Part shown: one piece after another, positions 11,981-26,000 of the stretch
Numbering within the stretch: the first letter of the stretch is position 1
How the letters are laid out: every line of letters starts with the position of its first letter
NCBI RefSeq assembly: GCF_052425735.1
Contig: NC_135770.1
Coordinates: forward strand, 31,434,001-31,498,000
DNA from: Oculina patagonica
Lineage: Eukaryota
DNA length: 64,000 nucleotides
Direction of reading: 5' to 3'
Translations under genes and position numbers: made by a program
The notes under the pieces: generated by a model
Seen by the model: the letters and a program-made list of their open reading frames with translations, nothing else
Told to the model about the DNA's origin: nothing
Database searches by the model: none

Positions 11981-12998
11981 TACACTACAGTACTTAGAGT
12001 AAAGCCAAATTTAGACATCGGAAATGACCATCAAATTCGGTGGAATATAAAAATAATCCAGTTAAAACAGTGAAGGAACATTTCAAAAACACAGCAAATA
12101 CAAAAGAAGGTACGGATGGCCAAAAGCGACGAAGATTGGAACAGATGACAATATGGGTTTATAAAATATTGTTCAGTGGGCTGAACAGTTTTCAAAGTTA
12201 GTCTTGTTTGCTTGTAACTTTAAATTATAACGCCCAGGAGCCATATTTGGTCGCAAGGAAGCTATATCGTTTTGTCATTTGGATCTATGGGATTAGTTTC
12301 TTTGCAAACATTAAGTTGCAAAACTTAAAAAAACCTGACAAAGTCCCTTTAAGCTCCTATAACTGAGTTCGTGAAAGCTGTCAGACAGTTGCAGTTGTAA
12401 AATGAATTTATTCATCTTTACCAATTGCAGGCATAAGAATTTGTTACAATAATTTTATGATCTAGGCTAGTTTAATTTCAATACATCTCTTTGGTTATCT
12501 TGTATTATATATTGTTTTTGGGCTATATGTTATGTTATAGTTTTATATAATTATTACTATTAATTATTATACTGAATTTCATCAGCATATTAGCATCTAC
12601 TACTAAAGGGCCAAACCAGCCCCGCCAACCAGAGTTTTAAATAGAAGTTACTTGCTTAATAAAATGTTAAACTTTTGCACGGTACATTGGTTAATCTGCT
12701 CGTCGCGTTGAAAAGATGAACATACGCGACAGCAGTGAGTATCAGTGACTTTAAATTTTAGTTTTGCTTTGTGTTTGTTTTTTCACTGCTCGGGACAATT
12801 AAAAAATGTCATTTTGCATTTGTAAACAAAGAAGTGGTCTTGTCCTCTTACGTAAACGTAGTATATTGTTTCAACTCCCTAGTTTGTTCAAGGTTACTGG
12901 TAACCTTTTCGGGTGCCTTTATTTATGGCTTCATTTAGAGCGCACGAGCCTTCAAACTCAAAACCGTCGACATACTGACATACTATGTCCAAAGTGAA

Positions 12999-13170
12999 AG
13001 CCTGGTTTTCACTAGCGACGCAAGCACAAGCGCAAGAATAACAGCTCTTATTTCACCGTGAAAACGGCTTCGACTCAAGCAAAAGCACAAGCGCATTGCA
13101 GTTTTATTCTTGTGCTTTGTCCTTTTTTCGTGACTGCGCTTGTGCTTGCGTCGCTAGTGAAAACCAGACT
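12999..13170. mobile_element. Palindromic MITE (PIF/Harbinger-like)
   Basis: TIRs agcctggttttcactagcgacgcaagcacaagcgca / tgcgcttgtgcttgcgtcgctagtgaaaaccagact. Confidence 0.75.
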
Positions 13171-13509
13171 TTAATAAACGGGGCGGGGATGCTGGTCGAA
13201 AATTTTGAAAAGATCCCCTAAAAGAGACCAATCTGGGTGTGGCTAAGGCTTTTCTTGACCCCTTAAAGATACAATTTATATTTGTATATTTCTTCGTGTG
13301 AGGCCTACACGAAACCTTCATGGCAAAAAATATTGGCGTTTTGCCAGGAACACCCTAAGCAAGACCAAAAATCCGAAGATACAACGAGAATCCCCGCCCC
13401 TTTTATATGATAGTCTCGCCCCCTCACCCCTCCCGGGACTGTTGTATCGCGGATATTCGCAAAACGTGTTTTGAAGTTATTTCGCTCTAATTCCGCATTG
13501 ATATATAAA

Positions 13510-13800
13510 GGGGAAGCCACGAGCCATGCGGCCCACACTGCCGGAGCTTATCCCGGTTTCCGTAGCATTCAGGGGCTAGGAATATTTCTACTCCCCGCTG
13601 AATGGGATGCTAGTCCATCGCAGGGTACCCCCCCCCCCCCCAGCATTATGTCGCCGGTACCCATTTATACACCTGGGTGGAGAGAGGCACTATGAGAGTA
13701 AAGTGTCTTGCCCATGAATACAACACAGTGACCCTGGTCAGGGCTCGAACTCGGACCGCTCGATCCGGAGTCCGGCGCACTAACCATAATAAGGCCACCG
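13510..13800 (-). mobile_element. tRNA-derived SINE (family A)
   Basis: Reverse-complement homolog of 16745-17064. Has A/B-box head (tggttagtgcg, gttcgagccc) and core cccaggtgtataaatgggtaccggc. Confidence 0.8.
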
Positions 13801-13821
13801 CTGGAAACTGCAAAAGAAGAA

Positions 13822-13878
13822 ACGTGAATGTTGCGTGACGTTGCGTGTCAGCTGCGTGGAACGTGGAATGTGACGTGG
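13822..13878 (+). promoter_or_regulatory. Cluster of six RCGTG (HRE/bHLH-PAS core) motifs plus TGACG/TGACGTGG sites upstream of glycogen phosphorylase
   Basis: RCGTG at 13822, 13833, 13843, 13854, 13861 and 13873, all on one strand, 125-180 bp upstream of the ATG. Confidence 0.55.
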
Positions 13879-14000
13879 AAATTTTCGGTAGAGACTGGAT
13901 CCGAGCTGCTGACATTTCGCTGTTTGCAGAGAGCTCAGGAGGTTGAAGAAGGCCAAATTTTGTGTATTTGTGGGTTCCTTCGCTCAGTGTTTACAGCATC

Positions 14001-17000
14001 ATGGGCGAGAAGCCGTTGACAGACGCGGAAAGGAAGAAGCAAATCTCTATGCGACGTCTCCCAGTCGTCGAGGACGTGAACAGTCTTAAGGAAGCCTTCA
14101 ACCGCCATTTGCACTACTCGCTAGTGAAAGATCGGAATGTGGCGACCAAACGCGATTACTTCGCTTCTCTGGCTCATACAGTTAAAGATCATTTGGTGGG
14201 AAAGTGGATTCGATCACAGCAAGCATATTACGAGAAGGACCCCAAGGTATTTGAATGTTTTGGTTATCCAATTTGTCTCCCGTTGATATCAAATCTCTCT
14301 TGATACAGCGAAAAATATCGTGCTTTTAGCAGCTGATATTAGCTCACCGTATTTGTACACTCAAATTATTTAGAACTGTGTGTGAGTACTAGTTTCTATT
14401 TCAGTCATACATGACCCCATTATGCTTTTTGTTTTAGTCAAAGTACAATTAATGGGTCTTTTAATAGTAGTAGTTTCTTTCAACAGTGAAAATGATAATA
14501 TAAGCCGAAGTTAAACTCTTTTCGACAGACCCCACCTGGGTTTGTGGTTCTTGCAGTGTGCGTACAGAAAACCGCAATTTTTTTATGATCAAAACGGCAT
14601 TCACGCTTATATTGATCATGTTTGCGCTTTGGAGGTTTTCAAAAGAATAGAAATTCATTAAAAATATTGCATACATTTGCCGGTAAATGGCGTATAACAT
14701 TGGCAGAAAAACATGAATTTATTTTGCATATATGATTTTCATCGTTAGTTTGTCTATTGGTCAAGCTTTTCGACCTCAAAATGTCAACATTGAAATAAGT
14801 AAGCTTGAGCTTATTTTTTATCCAGGTTGAATTATTTTGGATTTTATTGGCAAGAAAAATAAAAATTAGAAGTTTGAAAATATTGTACCGGTCATTTAAC
14901 CATTTTATTTAATATACAAACAACCAAATTGGCAACCTCTCCTGATAAATAAGAACAGGCAGAAAATTTTGATTAGGATGGATGGTTTGTTAAAGGTAAC
15001 AGACAAGTTGACATTCCATGACATCTGGTAGACACTGAAATGCCCATCCTATGCAAATTTTATGACTGACAACAGATTGATTTTTGCACTTCTGATTTCT
15101 TGCATTGTGGTTTGTTGCTAGTAATTATTAAACAAAAGAAAGACGTAGTCAGACAGACTTCTTCTATTGCTGGCACACAGAGCTTGGAGGTTTGTTTGAG
15201 AGGAGTATACAGCAGAGATGCCAACCTAAAAAATTGAAATCTGGGAGACCAAATTTTGCACCATGATACCTCTTTTCAACCCCCAAAATGGACCAAAATA
15301 TAGAGCTCCACCAATTCATCCACAAAAATGCATCAAATATTTTAAAATTTCTCCCCAAATCTGCCAAAATAAGATTACATGTAAAAACACATATTTTAGG
15401 CAGTTTTCTTTGTATCTGGGAGACTTGGTGACCTGTATGGGGGACCAGGAGACTTGGTGACCTGTACGGGGGACCAGGAGACTTGGTGACCTGTACGGGG
15501 GACCAGGAGACTTGGCCTGTATGTCGGGAGACTCCTGGATAATCTGTGAGAGTTGGCATAGATTGATAATCATGTATTGATATTAGATTGACACAGCAGC
15601 CTTTTGTCACAACCATGCTCTGTAACTTGCACTCCACTGTTGTAATTAATATTCTTGCACGGTACATGTACATTATTATGTCTATATCCATGTAATTACA
15701 GGGAGAATAAATAGTTCAGTATTAAATTCATTTCGGATCTTGCTGTGTATACACCATCATTATATGTTTTTTTTTTTTTTTAATTAGTTAGCAGCTGCCA
15801 GCATGTACACTTACATGTACACGTAATCAGCATGCACAATTTTGTGCTTCCCTTGAGGACCATATTAATAAAAGAGGTCCAAAGGTGTGAAGAAGGTCCA
15901 AATCTATAACAGGGTATTGTAATGCTAAAATTAACTACCAGTAGTTTATTGTGATAATTTTGCATTGATTTATTGTCAGCGTGTTTACTATCTCTCACTG
16001 GAGTATTACATGGGCCGGGCACTTAGCAACACTATGATCAATCTTGGGATTCAAGGTGAATGTGATGAAGCCATGTATCAGGTGAGAGCTACTGTATGTA
16101 TACTTGACTAAACTGGTTCAGGGCTCGAGATTAACGGTAGCCAACTAGCCAAAGGCTACTAAAATTTAGGTTTTGGCTACCAGGTTTAGCATTCCTACTA
16201 GCCATTTGGCTAGTGAAAAACTCGGAAAAGTCAACTGTTTTTGATAGAAATCAATATACCTGACTTGTGAAAAATTACTTTTGGCTAGTAAAATCTGACA
16301 TGTCACTAGCCAGTAAACCAGTGAGTTAAAAAGTTAGTCTCAAGCCCTGCTGGTTGCTTTTTCCTGAAGATAACTTTTAGACCAGAGGAGCTACATTAAT
16401 GTGGTTAAATTGAATTAAGGCTAAGTTAGACTTGAGCATCTTCATGGCAATCAGGCCCAGGTTGTTCAAAGGCTGGATAATGCTATCCACCGGATAAATT
16501 GGTATCCAGTGGATAGCGTAGTATGTTTTGCTAACACTTATCTGCTGGATAGCGATTTATCCGGTGGATAGTGTGTTCCAGCTTTCAAACAACCAGGGCC
16601 AGGTGTACATGTATAAGGGGACTGCTTAATTGAGGTTCATGGGTGCATCACATCCCATTCGTAGAAGTGCAGTTTGCTGTTTGGCTTCTTGGTGGGCTGG
16701 GTTTTGCTGTCTGCCCTTTTTGCTTCCTTTCTTCCCTCCCTTGTGGGAGGTGCGGTAACCTAATGGTTAGCGCGCTCAACTCTGAGTCGAACCGCCCTGG
16801 TTCGAGCCCCAGTTGGGGGGCTGCGTTGTGTTGTTGGGCAATACGCTTTACTTTCACAACATCTCTCTATCCCAAGGTGTATAAATGGGTACCGGCAAAT
16901 TTACTGCTGAGGAGTAACCTTGGGATGCTTACCCTGGGATGACTAGCATCCCATACAGTAGGGAGTAGCAATACTCCTAGTCAGTTAATGCTACAGAAAC

Positions 17001-20000
17001 CGGGATAAGTTCTGACTGTATGGGCCATTTGGCTCGGACACCTGTAGACTTTACCTTTACCTTCCCTCCTTTACACAATGTAGAATAACTATACATGTAT
17101 TAAGATTTTGGGTTGGGTATTAGGGTTAATTGGTGAGAACGTACACTGATTCAATCAGTGTGAGGATGTCTGGTGTTTAACACGATCAGGGTTACCATGA
17201 ATACTATCATGTTCACTAGAGTTGGACATGAATGAGTTTAAAATGAGAGTTACTTGACTGTCTTTTTTTAACAGGTTGGTCTTGAAATGGAGGAACTAGA
17301 GGAAATAGAAGAAGATGCTGGTCTTGGTAATGGAGGCCTTGGGAGATTGGCAGCATGTTTCCTGGACTCACTGGCCACCTTAGGTTATGCTGCATATGGC
17401 TACGGCATCAGATATGAATATGGAATATTCAAACAGGGTATCGATAGCCACGGAAATCAGGTTACAAACTTGCTACATGTATTTGAATAATCTTATTAGA
17501 CGTTGTAAAAATAATGGGTCTAATTATTAGATGTGTTCTTCCAACGGTTGACTCACTGGAAAAAGATATACAGTTAACTCTCTCTTAACGGACACCTCTA
17601 TAAGACAGACACCTCCATAAGACGGACACCTGGTGATGGTCCCTGCCATTTTTCAGTCATTTTACTGTAACTAAACTCCCTATAAGACGGGCACCTCTCG
17701 ACACTTTGAAACCGTCAACGGACACCTAAGAAGTGTTCTTTTTTGTGGAATAATACTTCAAAACTTCGTGTGAACATAAAGCAAAGGTAGTCAGCGCCTT
17801 ACGGATACCAAGCTTAATCACCAAAAACAATAACGCTTGGACGGTTTACTTCCCTGCTTCAGTGCATGGGCACAAGAGATCGTTTTCTACTTACAGTATA
17901 ACAGTTTGTAGAAGCACTCAACTTTTGCTTCAATAAGCGAATACGGTCTTTTTTATTACTTTAGTCTTGTCCCAGTTTATAAAGTGTGCAGTTACGTTTT
18001 TTAATAGAGGCTATGAACGTTTGCTTGAACAAGCGAACACTGTACACATATAGACATGTTACAGTTTGCAACATGTATGCACTTCCTACTTTTAGGAAGC
18101 AGTAAACTATTGACTGCAATAAAAAAAACGAGTCAATTTTCCAATATTATTTTTGTCCTAGTTTGTAGGGTTGCTTCAACAAGCGACTTTAAACAGACTC
18201 GAAACAGACGTGTATTCATTGTGCATAGCCGTTCAGCTTCATTATCTCAGAATTACTGGTGTCAAATACCCTAGACTCTCTATAAGGCGGACACATCTCT
18301 AAGACGGACAGTTGGGGCCGGTCCCGACGGTGTCTGTCTTAGAGAGAGTTGACTGTACATTGTACATCCTGACGTAAAAAAAAATGAAATGGCAGGCTGC
18401 AGTATAAGCTTATAGACTATAAAGTGGTGAGGTTGGGTAGGGAAATATTTGGCTTAAGGTTGTGGCGTACTGACCAAATGCATTGATTTTCATGAAGAAT
18501 GAATAAGTGCCAAATATTTTATTACACAAAAAAGATGGTTAACCACCAATCAGAGTGGTTTATTGCCAGTCCAATATTTTCTATGTATTGGAAGTCCTTG
18601 GTAAAGTTTGCTTTTGGATTTCCCATTGGGTTACTGCTATCAATTACATGATTGTATGACTAGTAAATTTTAGCTTGCTTTTGTGGATTACCATGAGTAC
18701 AAAGTAGTGGAGAAGTTACAGAGTTCAAAACAAGGCTGCTAGTGTTATCACACCAGTCTTATGTCAACTTCATTGACAACCAATTAAGTACTGCAGTATC
18801 AAATTTAAAATTTTGCTATTTCTCTTGTAGACCGAGTTGCCTGATGACTGGCTAAAGTTTGGAAACCCCTGGGAGAAAGCCAGACCAGAGTACATGATTC
18901 CTGTTCAATTTTATGGAAGAGTGGAGTCAGATGTTAGTGGAAAGAGTCATCGCTGGGTTGATGCAAGCACAGTGTATGCTATGCCGTATGATCAGCCCAT
19001 TCCTGGTTATGGCAATAATACCTGTAACACCATGAGACTGTGGGCAGCCAAGTCTCCAAAGGGTTTTGATCTCTCATACTGTAAGTGAACATGTACATGT
19101 AAATAAATTTATTATATTTAGAAGTTCAAAGTTGAAAGTGTTCAAAGTTGAAAGAAGTTGGAATTATTATGGCAGAGGTGCCAGGTCAAATCATAAGGGT
19201 TTGGTGCTTGCGGTGGCTTACTACAGTTAATTGATAAAAAAGACAGATTTTTCGCAAATAGGAAAATGTGATATTTTGAATTTCCCTATTTAGAAAATAG
19301 CTCAAATTCTGTCTCACAGATTTTTATTTTATTTTGCATGAATCAGAGAGAATTCATAATTTCTGAAATTTTGAGGTGGAGTCATACATGTAGATTTTGA
19401 GAAAAATGCCATTAAACTACTAGTGCCCAGTCCCCTCTTAAGCACCTGGTCATTCACTGTTTATTGATTGTTTATTAGCAAATGCCACATAGATGGTTGT
19501 GCACTGTAAAAAACAATAATTAGAGAAAGATAAAACATTGCTGAACATTTTACAAAAGAGATAAAAGTTTGCTCATTTACCCCCTCAAAACTGTAGTAAA
19601 CCACCATAAATACCATGGATCAATCTTTACTGTAACTACTTGCTTTAAAAGTTTATGTACATGTACATGTATACATTTACATACAGTGTATGTGCCTAAT
19701 TAATTACAATAAATTAAATGTGCCCAAATGGCTTTTGATAGTTGAGTAATGTAGTCTGTCAATGGGTTAAGAAATTCCTGAGTTTTTAATTGAGGATTTT
19801 AAAAAAAGTACATGTATTGAGCATTTGATTTATTTAATTTTATTTTTTCAGTCAATGATGGAGATTACATAAAAGCCGTCCTGGACAGAAATGTGGCAGA
19901 GAACATTTCAAGAGTGTTATACCCAAATGACAATGTAAGATGTATTATATTACACACTGCACAATGCTTGAGCAAATAAATTAGGTAAATATTGCATTGG

Positions 20001-23000
20001 TTAACTGCCTTCAATAATTGTTTGGAAAATGTTTCAGTTTTTTGAAGGAAAAGAGTTACGTTTGAAGCAGCAGTACTTTATGGTTTCTGCAACTCTTACT
20101 GACATTGTTAGAAGATACAAAGCTCCCAAATTTGGCTCCAAGGAAGCAATAAGGACTACTTTTGATGACTTTCCTGACAAAGTAAGTCAATAAGTAATTA
20201 TTTATAATTTTTATTATTAGTATATACCACACAAGTGAATAGTACCTTTCACTCACTCTGATTGGCTAACTCAAGAAGTGATTAGCAAAGTACTATTCAC
20301 CTCCTATCGACTAGTGGAAGAGTAACAAAATGGCTGCTTGTTTAACTTCGGCTACCCAAAATAATGTTTTTGGCTGCTATTTCATTCAGCTTGTGTGACA
20401 TTTTCTAAAACAATATTAATTATTTACCTCTGTCAGTGTCGGTGTTGTAAATATCAACCACTAAATATTCACCTCCACTTTGCTGAATAATTCATTGTTA
20501 ATTTATTCACTGCCTATAAGCTACTTTGTATGAGTCATGTTCTTGGTTTCTTTACAATCTCGCTTTCTGAGGGCTCTTATTTTTTCCCTGCAATGCAAAA
20601 CATTCCTTTGCAAGTTTTATAGGCCAGAAGCTTTCAAGTTTTACAAGGTGTTTTGCAGTGCACAGGTTGTAATCTGAACTAAAATCCCAATACTTTTTAC
20701 CTGTCAGGTCGCCATTCAGTTGAACGACACTCATCCATCTCTAGCTATTCCAGAACTCATGAGAGTATTTGTGGATGTTGAGAAACTCAGTTGGGACAAG
20801 GTAAGCAAGAACAAACAAACAAACAACTTTTAGAGTTCCTCAAGTCAGAATGGCAAGCTGGAATTCAATTTTATTTTTCAAGCCCTGAGTCAAGTCATGC
20901 TTCGGAAACCCCAGATAAGTGCTGGTCTAAAGGCCACTAGGCTCTAATGCAGTCTTTACCTTAAGTGGTACACTGGCAGCTTTTTAGCGGCATGTACTAA
21001 AACCCAAAACAACGAAACGTCGAAACCACCGAAACGAGCGAAACGAAACTAAATCACCGAAACAAGCAGAATCCATTACCATTAATTATTGAGAGCTAAC
21101 TGTAAACAGGCTAACCGGAGTGCATAGTAGGCTAACCGAAGTAAAAAGTAGGCTAACTGGAGTGTGTAGAGTGTATAGCGGAGTGCATAGTAGGCTAAAC
21201 GTTTATTCATTAAAATACAAAAAAAAAAAAAAAAAAAAAAAAAGGCGAAACGGAGTGTATAGTATGGTAAGTGGTGGAATTGTTGAAGTTTTGCTTGTTT
21301 CGGTGATTTCGTTTCGTTTCACTTGTTTTGGCCGTTTCGGTTGTTTCGTTTCGGTGGTTTCGTTTCATTGTTTCAGGTTTTAGTACTTGTCCTTTTTAGC
21401 TGGCAGGCCTTCTTAGATCTGATTGGCCATATACAAAATACTATGTTTTTTAAACAAAACCAGATCTTTGTAGTACGGTACTTGCATAATTACATAAAAT
21501 GTTAATTTCGTTATTTTATAGGCTTGGGACATTTGCGTGAGGACATTTAGCTACACTAATCACACAGTTCTCCCTGAGGCACTGGAGAGGTGGCCAGTGC
21601 ACATGCTGGAGTACATTCTACCACGACATCTCCAGATCATCTATGAAATCAATGCTTTGTTCCTAAAGGTATGTGTTTATTCTAATCACGTTGTATTATT
21701 ACCCTGCATCATTATGTGGGTTGGGTTTGTTGTTGGTTTTTGCCCTTGCTCTGAGAGTTTTTCTCTGGGCTCTCCAGTTTTCCTTCCTCCACCTGAACCA
21801 GAATTCCAATTATTTTGATCTGGAATAGTGGATGAAGTGCCACTGTGTGGAATTGCCACTCTATCTTCTCATTCATTTATTATTTTTAAGCGATGATGAT
21901 CGGTTAGTGTCATTATTTTTTAGACAATTTTTAGCATTTCTAAGTATTTTTATTATATCAATGTAAATAGTTTTATCAATAATATTTTTATAGCCAATTT
22001 ATTATAGTTATTTTTTTCTTTTCATTTTCGCTGAAAAGCCCCCATGGGGAGAGGACAATAAAATTTGTATTTGTATGAGGCGGTTTGCGGGATCTGTTAT
22101 TCTGTTGCGCTTGATTGACGGATCGATAGAACCAAATGGGACTGGGTACTAGCTACAAGAATAAATGTTACGCCAACAAAGATCAAGTTAACAAGAAATC
22201 GCCGTGAAAAACATGAAGCAAAATACTCCTGGAAAGTTAGAAAGGACTAATTCAAAATTTAAACAAAAGAGATAAAATTAATTATAATTATTTGACGAGT
22301 TCTATTTGGTCCAGTAAACAGACATTTTGGCCTGTGTAAGACAATGACAAGACCACATTTGACTTTGGTCGCTTGAGAGAAGTATCGTACATGTATATCA
22401 TCCTTGTTGTTACAGAAGTTGTCAGCTACTTTTATTTAATACAGTGTATACTTTAATTTTTTGACAAAATTAATTTCCTGAAAATTATTCAAGACCCCCT
22501 TGGGATACGTCATTGCTTCTGCATGCACTGCATGCTGTTTAATATTTATCTTTTAATGTAAGATGTGAGAATCTGGAGCTTGCTCCACAGAGCCTATTGT
22601 TGATTTTCATTTGTGACCATACAATTCAGTCTTACCAGCAGATGAAAAATTAAGGGTGCGTTTCTTTGGGAAAATCCAAAATTGGATCATTGATCTCAGA
22701 TCACACGGATACTTTGCTCCCAAAGAAACAAAGAATCCGAAAATGGATTTTTTGCCATGACAACCCCGTAAACACAATTCGCACAGAACATAAAATATCA
22801 GCACAAATTTATTTTTCGTCGAATGTATCCTAGATAAAATAATTTCAGCATACAAAATCTTTTACAAAAATCACACGTCGAAATAGTTCTTCTTTAGCCT
22901 CAAGCACAGTGTGGCGAGAAAGCATCAGAGAGCGAAGAATGTTTGCGAATGATCAATGCAAACTTCACTCGTGACAATTTCAAAAGGATACAACTTCCGT

Positions 23001-26000
23001 AGGCACACGGTGGCTGTTCTAGAAAACCTGTATCCAGTTTAAAATGACACTTCATACCTATCAAGCAAGCGTTTCCTTTTATAGTGAAATATTTTTGTAT
23101 TTTGATCGAAATAACCGCCTGAAAACTTACCGTATGACAATGTTTACAAAGAGCGAACCTGTATTTTCACAGCAAAGACCGCTGGGCCAAGGTACTTTTT
23201 TCGAATCCTTTCCCAAAGAAACGCACGGATCATGAATCCTAAAAATCCGGATTCAGATATGATCTGATGTATCCACTCCGAGTGTGGATTCTTCAGATCA
23301 TTGATCCAAGATTAATCCATTTTCGGATATAGGTAAAGAAACGCAAAATCCGTTTTTGGATCAAGAATCCGGATTTGGATTTTTCCCAAAGAAACGCACC
23401 CTAAGATTAAATTGTTCCTTTACAGAAAGTATCAGAAAAATTTCCAGGAGACATGGACAGAATGCGACGGATGTCCTTGGTAGAGGAAGGACCTGAAAAG
23501 CGCATCAACATGTCGCACTTGTGCATTGTTGGCTCTCATGCAATCAATGGAGTGGCTGCTCTGCATTCTGAACTTCTTAGAACAACAGTGTAAGTCAATA
23601 ATCTTATTATTTTATTTGCTCAAAGCTGTTGATAAACAAAAATTTTCAAAAACCCTCATTTAGGAATGTAGCTGAGAAAACACTAAGCCAGCTCATTAAC
23701 AAGCCCAACTGGCTTTTCTGGCCTTGGCAGCTCTAATAGCTTACCTAGTACATGTAAGTCTGTTTTCATGTGAAATTAAGCCGGATTTAAGTTCTCTTTC
23801 AGCCAGACGAGTGAAATAAGCCAACAGCGCTCGAGCCGGCCCTTTAGCAACATCCCTGCTCATTGTAAACAAGCCTAGCAGAATATCTGTTAAAGTTTCA
23901 CTGATGCAGCACAGTAATAATCAATGTAATTTATGTTTAATTTTTAGATTTAAAGACTTCTACGAAATGTTTCCTGAGAAGTTTCAGAACAAGACTAATG
24001 GTGTGACTCCCCGTCGCTGGCTTCTTCTCTGCAACCCTGGTCTGTCAGACCTCATCTGCGAGGTGACCCTTTGCGAAACAAACAAAATAATGAAGTTTGT
24101 AATGTAAATATTGATTAAATTTAGTGTTTGCTTCATTATGGTGCCAGGACTAATAAAATGAAGTTCAGTGGAATCACATTCAAGTTACTGTATTGAATTT
24201 AACTAACAGGTCTTTTGACACTCAGTGTTGTCATCAACATAGTAATGCCAAGAATCACAAAAAAGGGTTGTAAACTAAAGAGCATTGAACCAATTTAAAA
24301 ATAGTATCTCAACAACTTACAATGCAATACCAGATGATATTTGTTTTCTGGGGGTGGGGGAGTGCATGTAGCTGGGCATTTTGACAAAAAAATGAAATCA
24401 ATGAAATTTTGCTTAAAGCAAATCTTGAGAGTATGAACAAAATTATTTTACTACCCAGAAAATGTCTTACTGCTTGCAAAACTGCCAGCTACATGTATAG
24501 TGTGTTTTTTTAGCCTTATGTTAACCTTTTTTTTTAGAAAATCGGTGAAGGATGGATAACAGATCTGTCACAGCTGAGAAAGCTGGAGAAGTTTGTCAAT
24601 GACAAGAACTTCAAACATGCTTTCATGAGAAGCAAACAGGTACAGTGTAACTATCTTTGTGATTCTACCACGTTTTTAAAGAAGGTAATGAAAATACCAT
24701 TATTTTGTTAAATGTGCAAGGCATGTTGTACATGTATTGGCCCAGGAGTAACATACCAGGATTTTCAGCACAAGTGGTCCATTAATTTTACAGATCATTT
24801 CATCTACATCCTGTCATGTTCATGAACAAAAGCTCAGGTGATTGAATTATTGCCACTTCATGAGGGAAACACAGTGTGTCCCATGTACATGTAAATGGCA
24901 TCAGGAATTCTTACAGCACCATCCATGGGAACTGAAAATACTATTTACATACCTCAATCCTAGAAATGTCACAAAGTAAACACAAGACAGTTTTAACAGA
25001 GTTGTCATTTTCATTGCAGGAAAACAAGATTAGACTTGCAGACTACATCAAGAAAGAGTACGATATTACTGTCAATGTGAACTCTATTTTTGATGTCCAA
25101 GTAAAGCGAATCCATGAGTACAAAAGACAGCTAATGAACTGCCTTCATGTCATTGTGCTGTACAACCGTAAGCATAAGATGCAATTTAATGTCTCATTTA
25201 AATCAAAATAGGTCTAGGGGCTACAATCCAGGACAAAACTGTCTAAATTTAGCCAAATTTCCACTAATTTGTGTACCACAGTTCTTTTTTTTAACCCTTG
25301 CCTCTCCCACCTCCCCCATTTCAAACTTGCTCAAGTTGTGATAACAAAGCCGGATGAATTGCATACCCTGTGAAACAACATAATTTGAGAAGGGGGATAA
25401 AATATGTTATTTGTTTGCAAGTCAAGACATTTTGCAAAAAGTGAGTGATATTCGTTTGTCTCAACAAGTTTGGTCCAGGATTGTAATTTTATTTTACCTT
25501 ATTCTTACTAATTTTCACGATTTACGTGATTTCAAAATAGTCGCGAAATTTGATACGCGCAAAAAAAAATTGCGTGAAATTTAAACACGCGGAAATTAAT
25601 ATCATATTATGTATCAAAGCAATAAAAATTTTAAATGTTTGGCACTACAACTATCTACATTTGAAAATATCTCTCCGCACCCTTCCTCTGACTACTGTTT
25701 TCTTCCGCTTGTAAATTGGCCAAAATCTCTTTAGTATAGTCACCAATGTTTCCGTTTGCAGACTCCTTGTAGTTACATTGAGCCAGACCTTTGTATATTT
25801 CCAGTAGCTCCTTTTTCTTTAACGACTAATCCATAGAACACTGACAAAATCATGAAATTTAATACACTTTTGCTCTAACTTTTCTTGCAATCGCGAAAAT
25901 TAATACTCGCGAAATTTGCCTGCCGATTTTTCGCGAAATTAAGTATGCACGAAAATTAGTAAGAATAAGGTAGACAATACAGTGCACACCTGTCTGCAAA

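Noticed and set aside
15419-15515. 29-bp direct repeats of CRISPR-like length
   Set aside because: The units are contiguous with no spacers, lie inside a MITE in a eukaryotic intron, and no cas genes are present.
15164-15691. 175-aa ORF with QVSWSP repeats
   Set aside because: Antisense reading of a MITE minisatellite in PYG intron 1.
16745-16820. tRNA-like sequence with A and B boxes
   Set aside because: It is the head of a SINE found in several copies, and no intact cloverleaf is evident.
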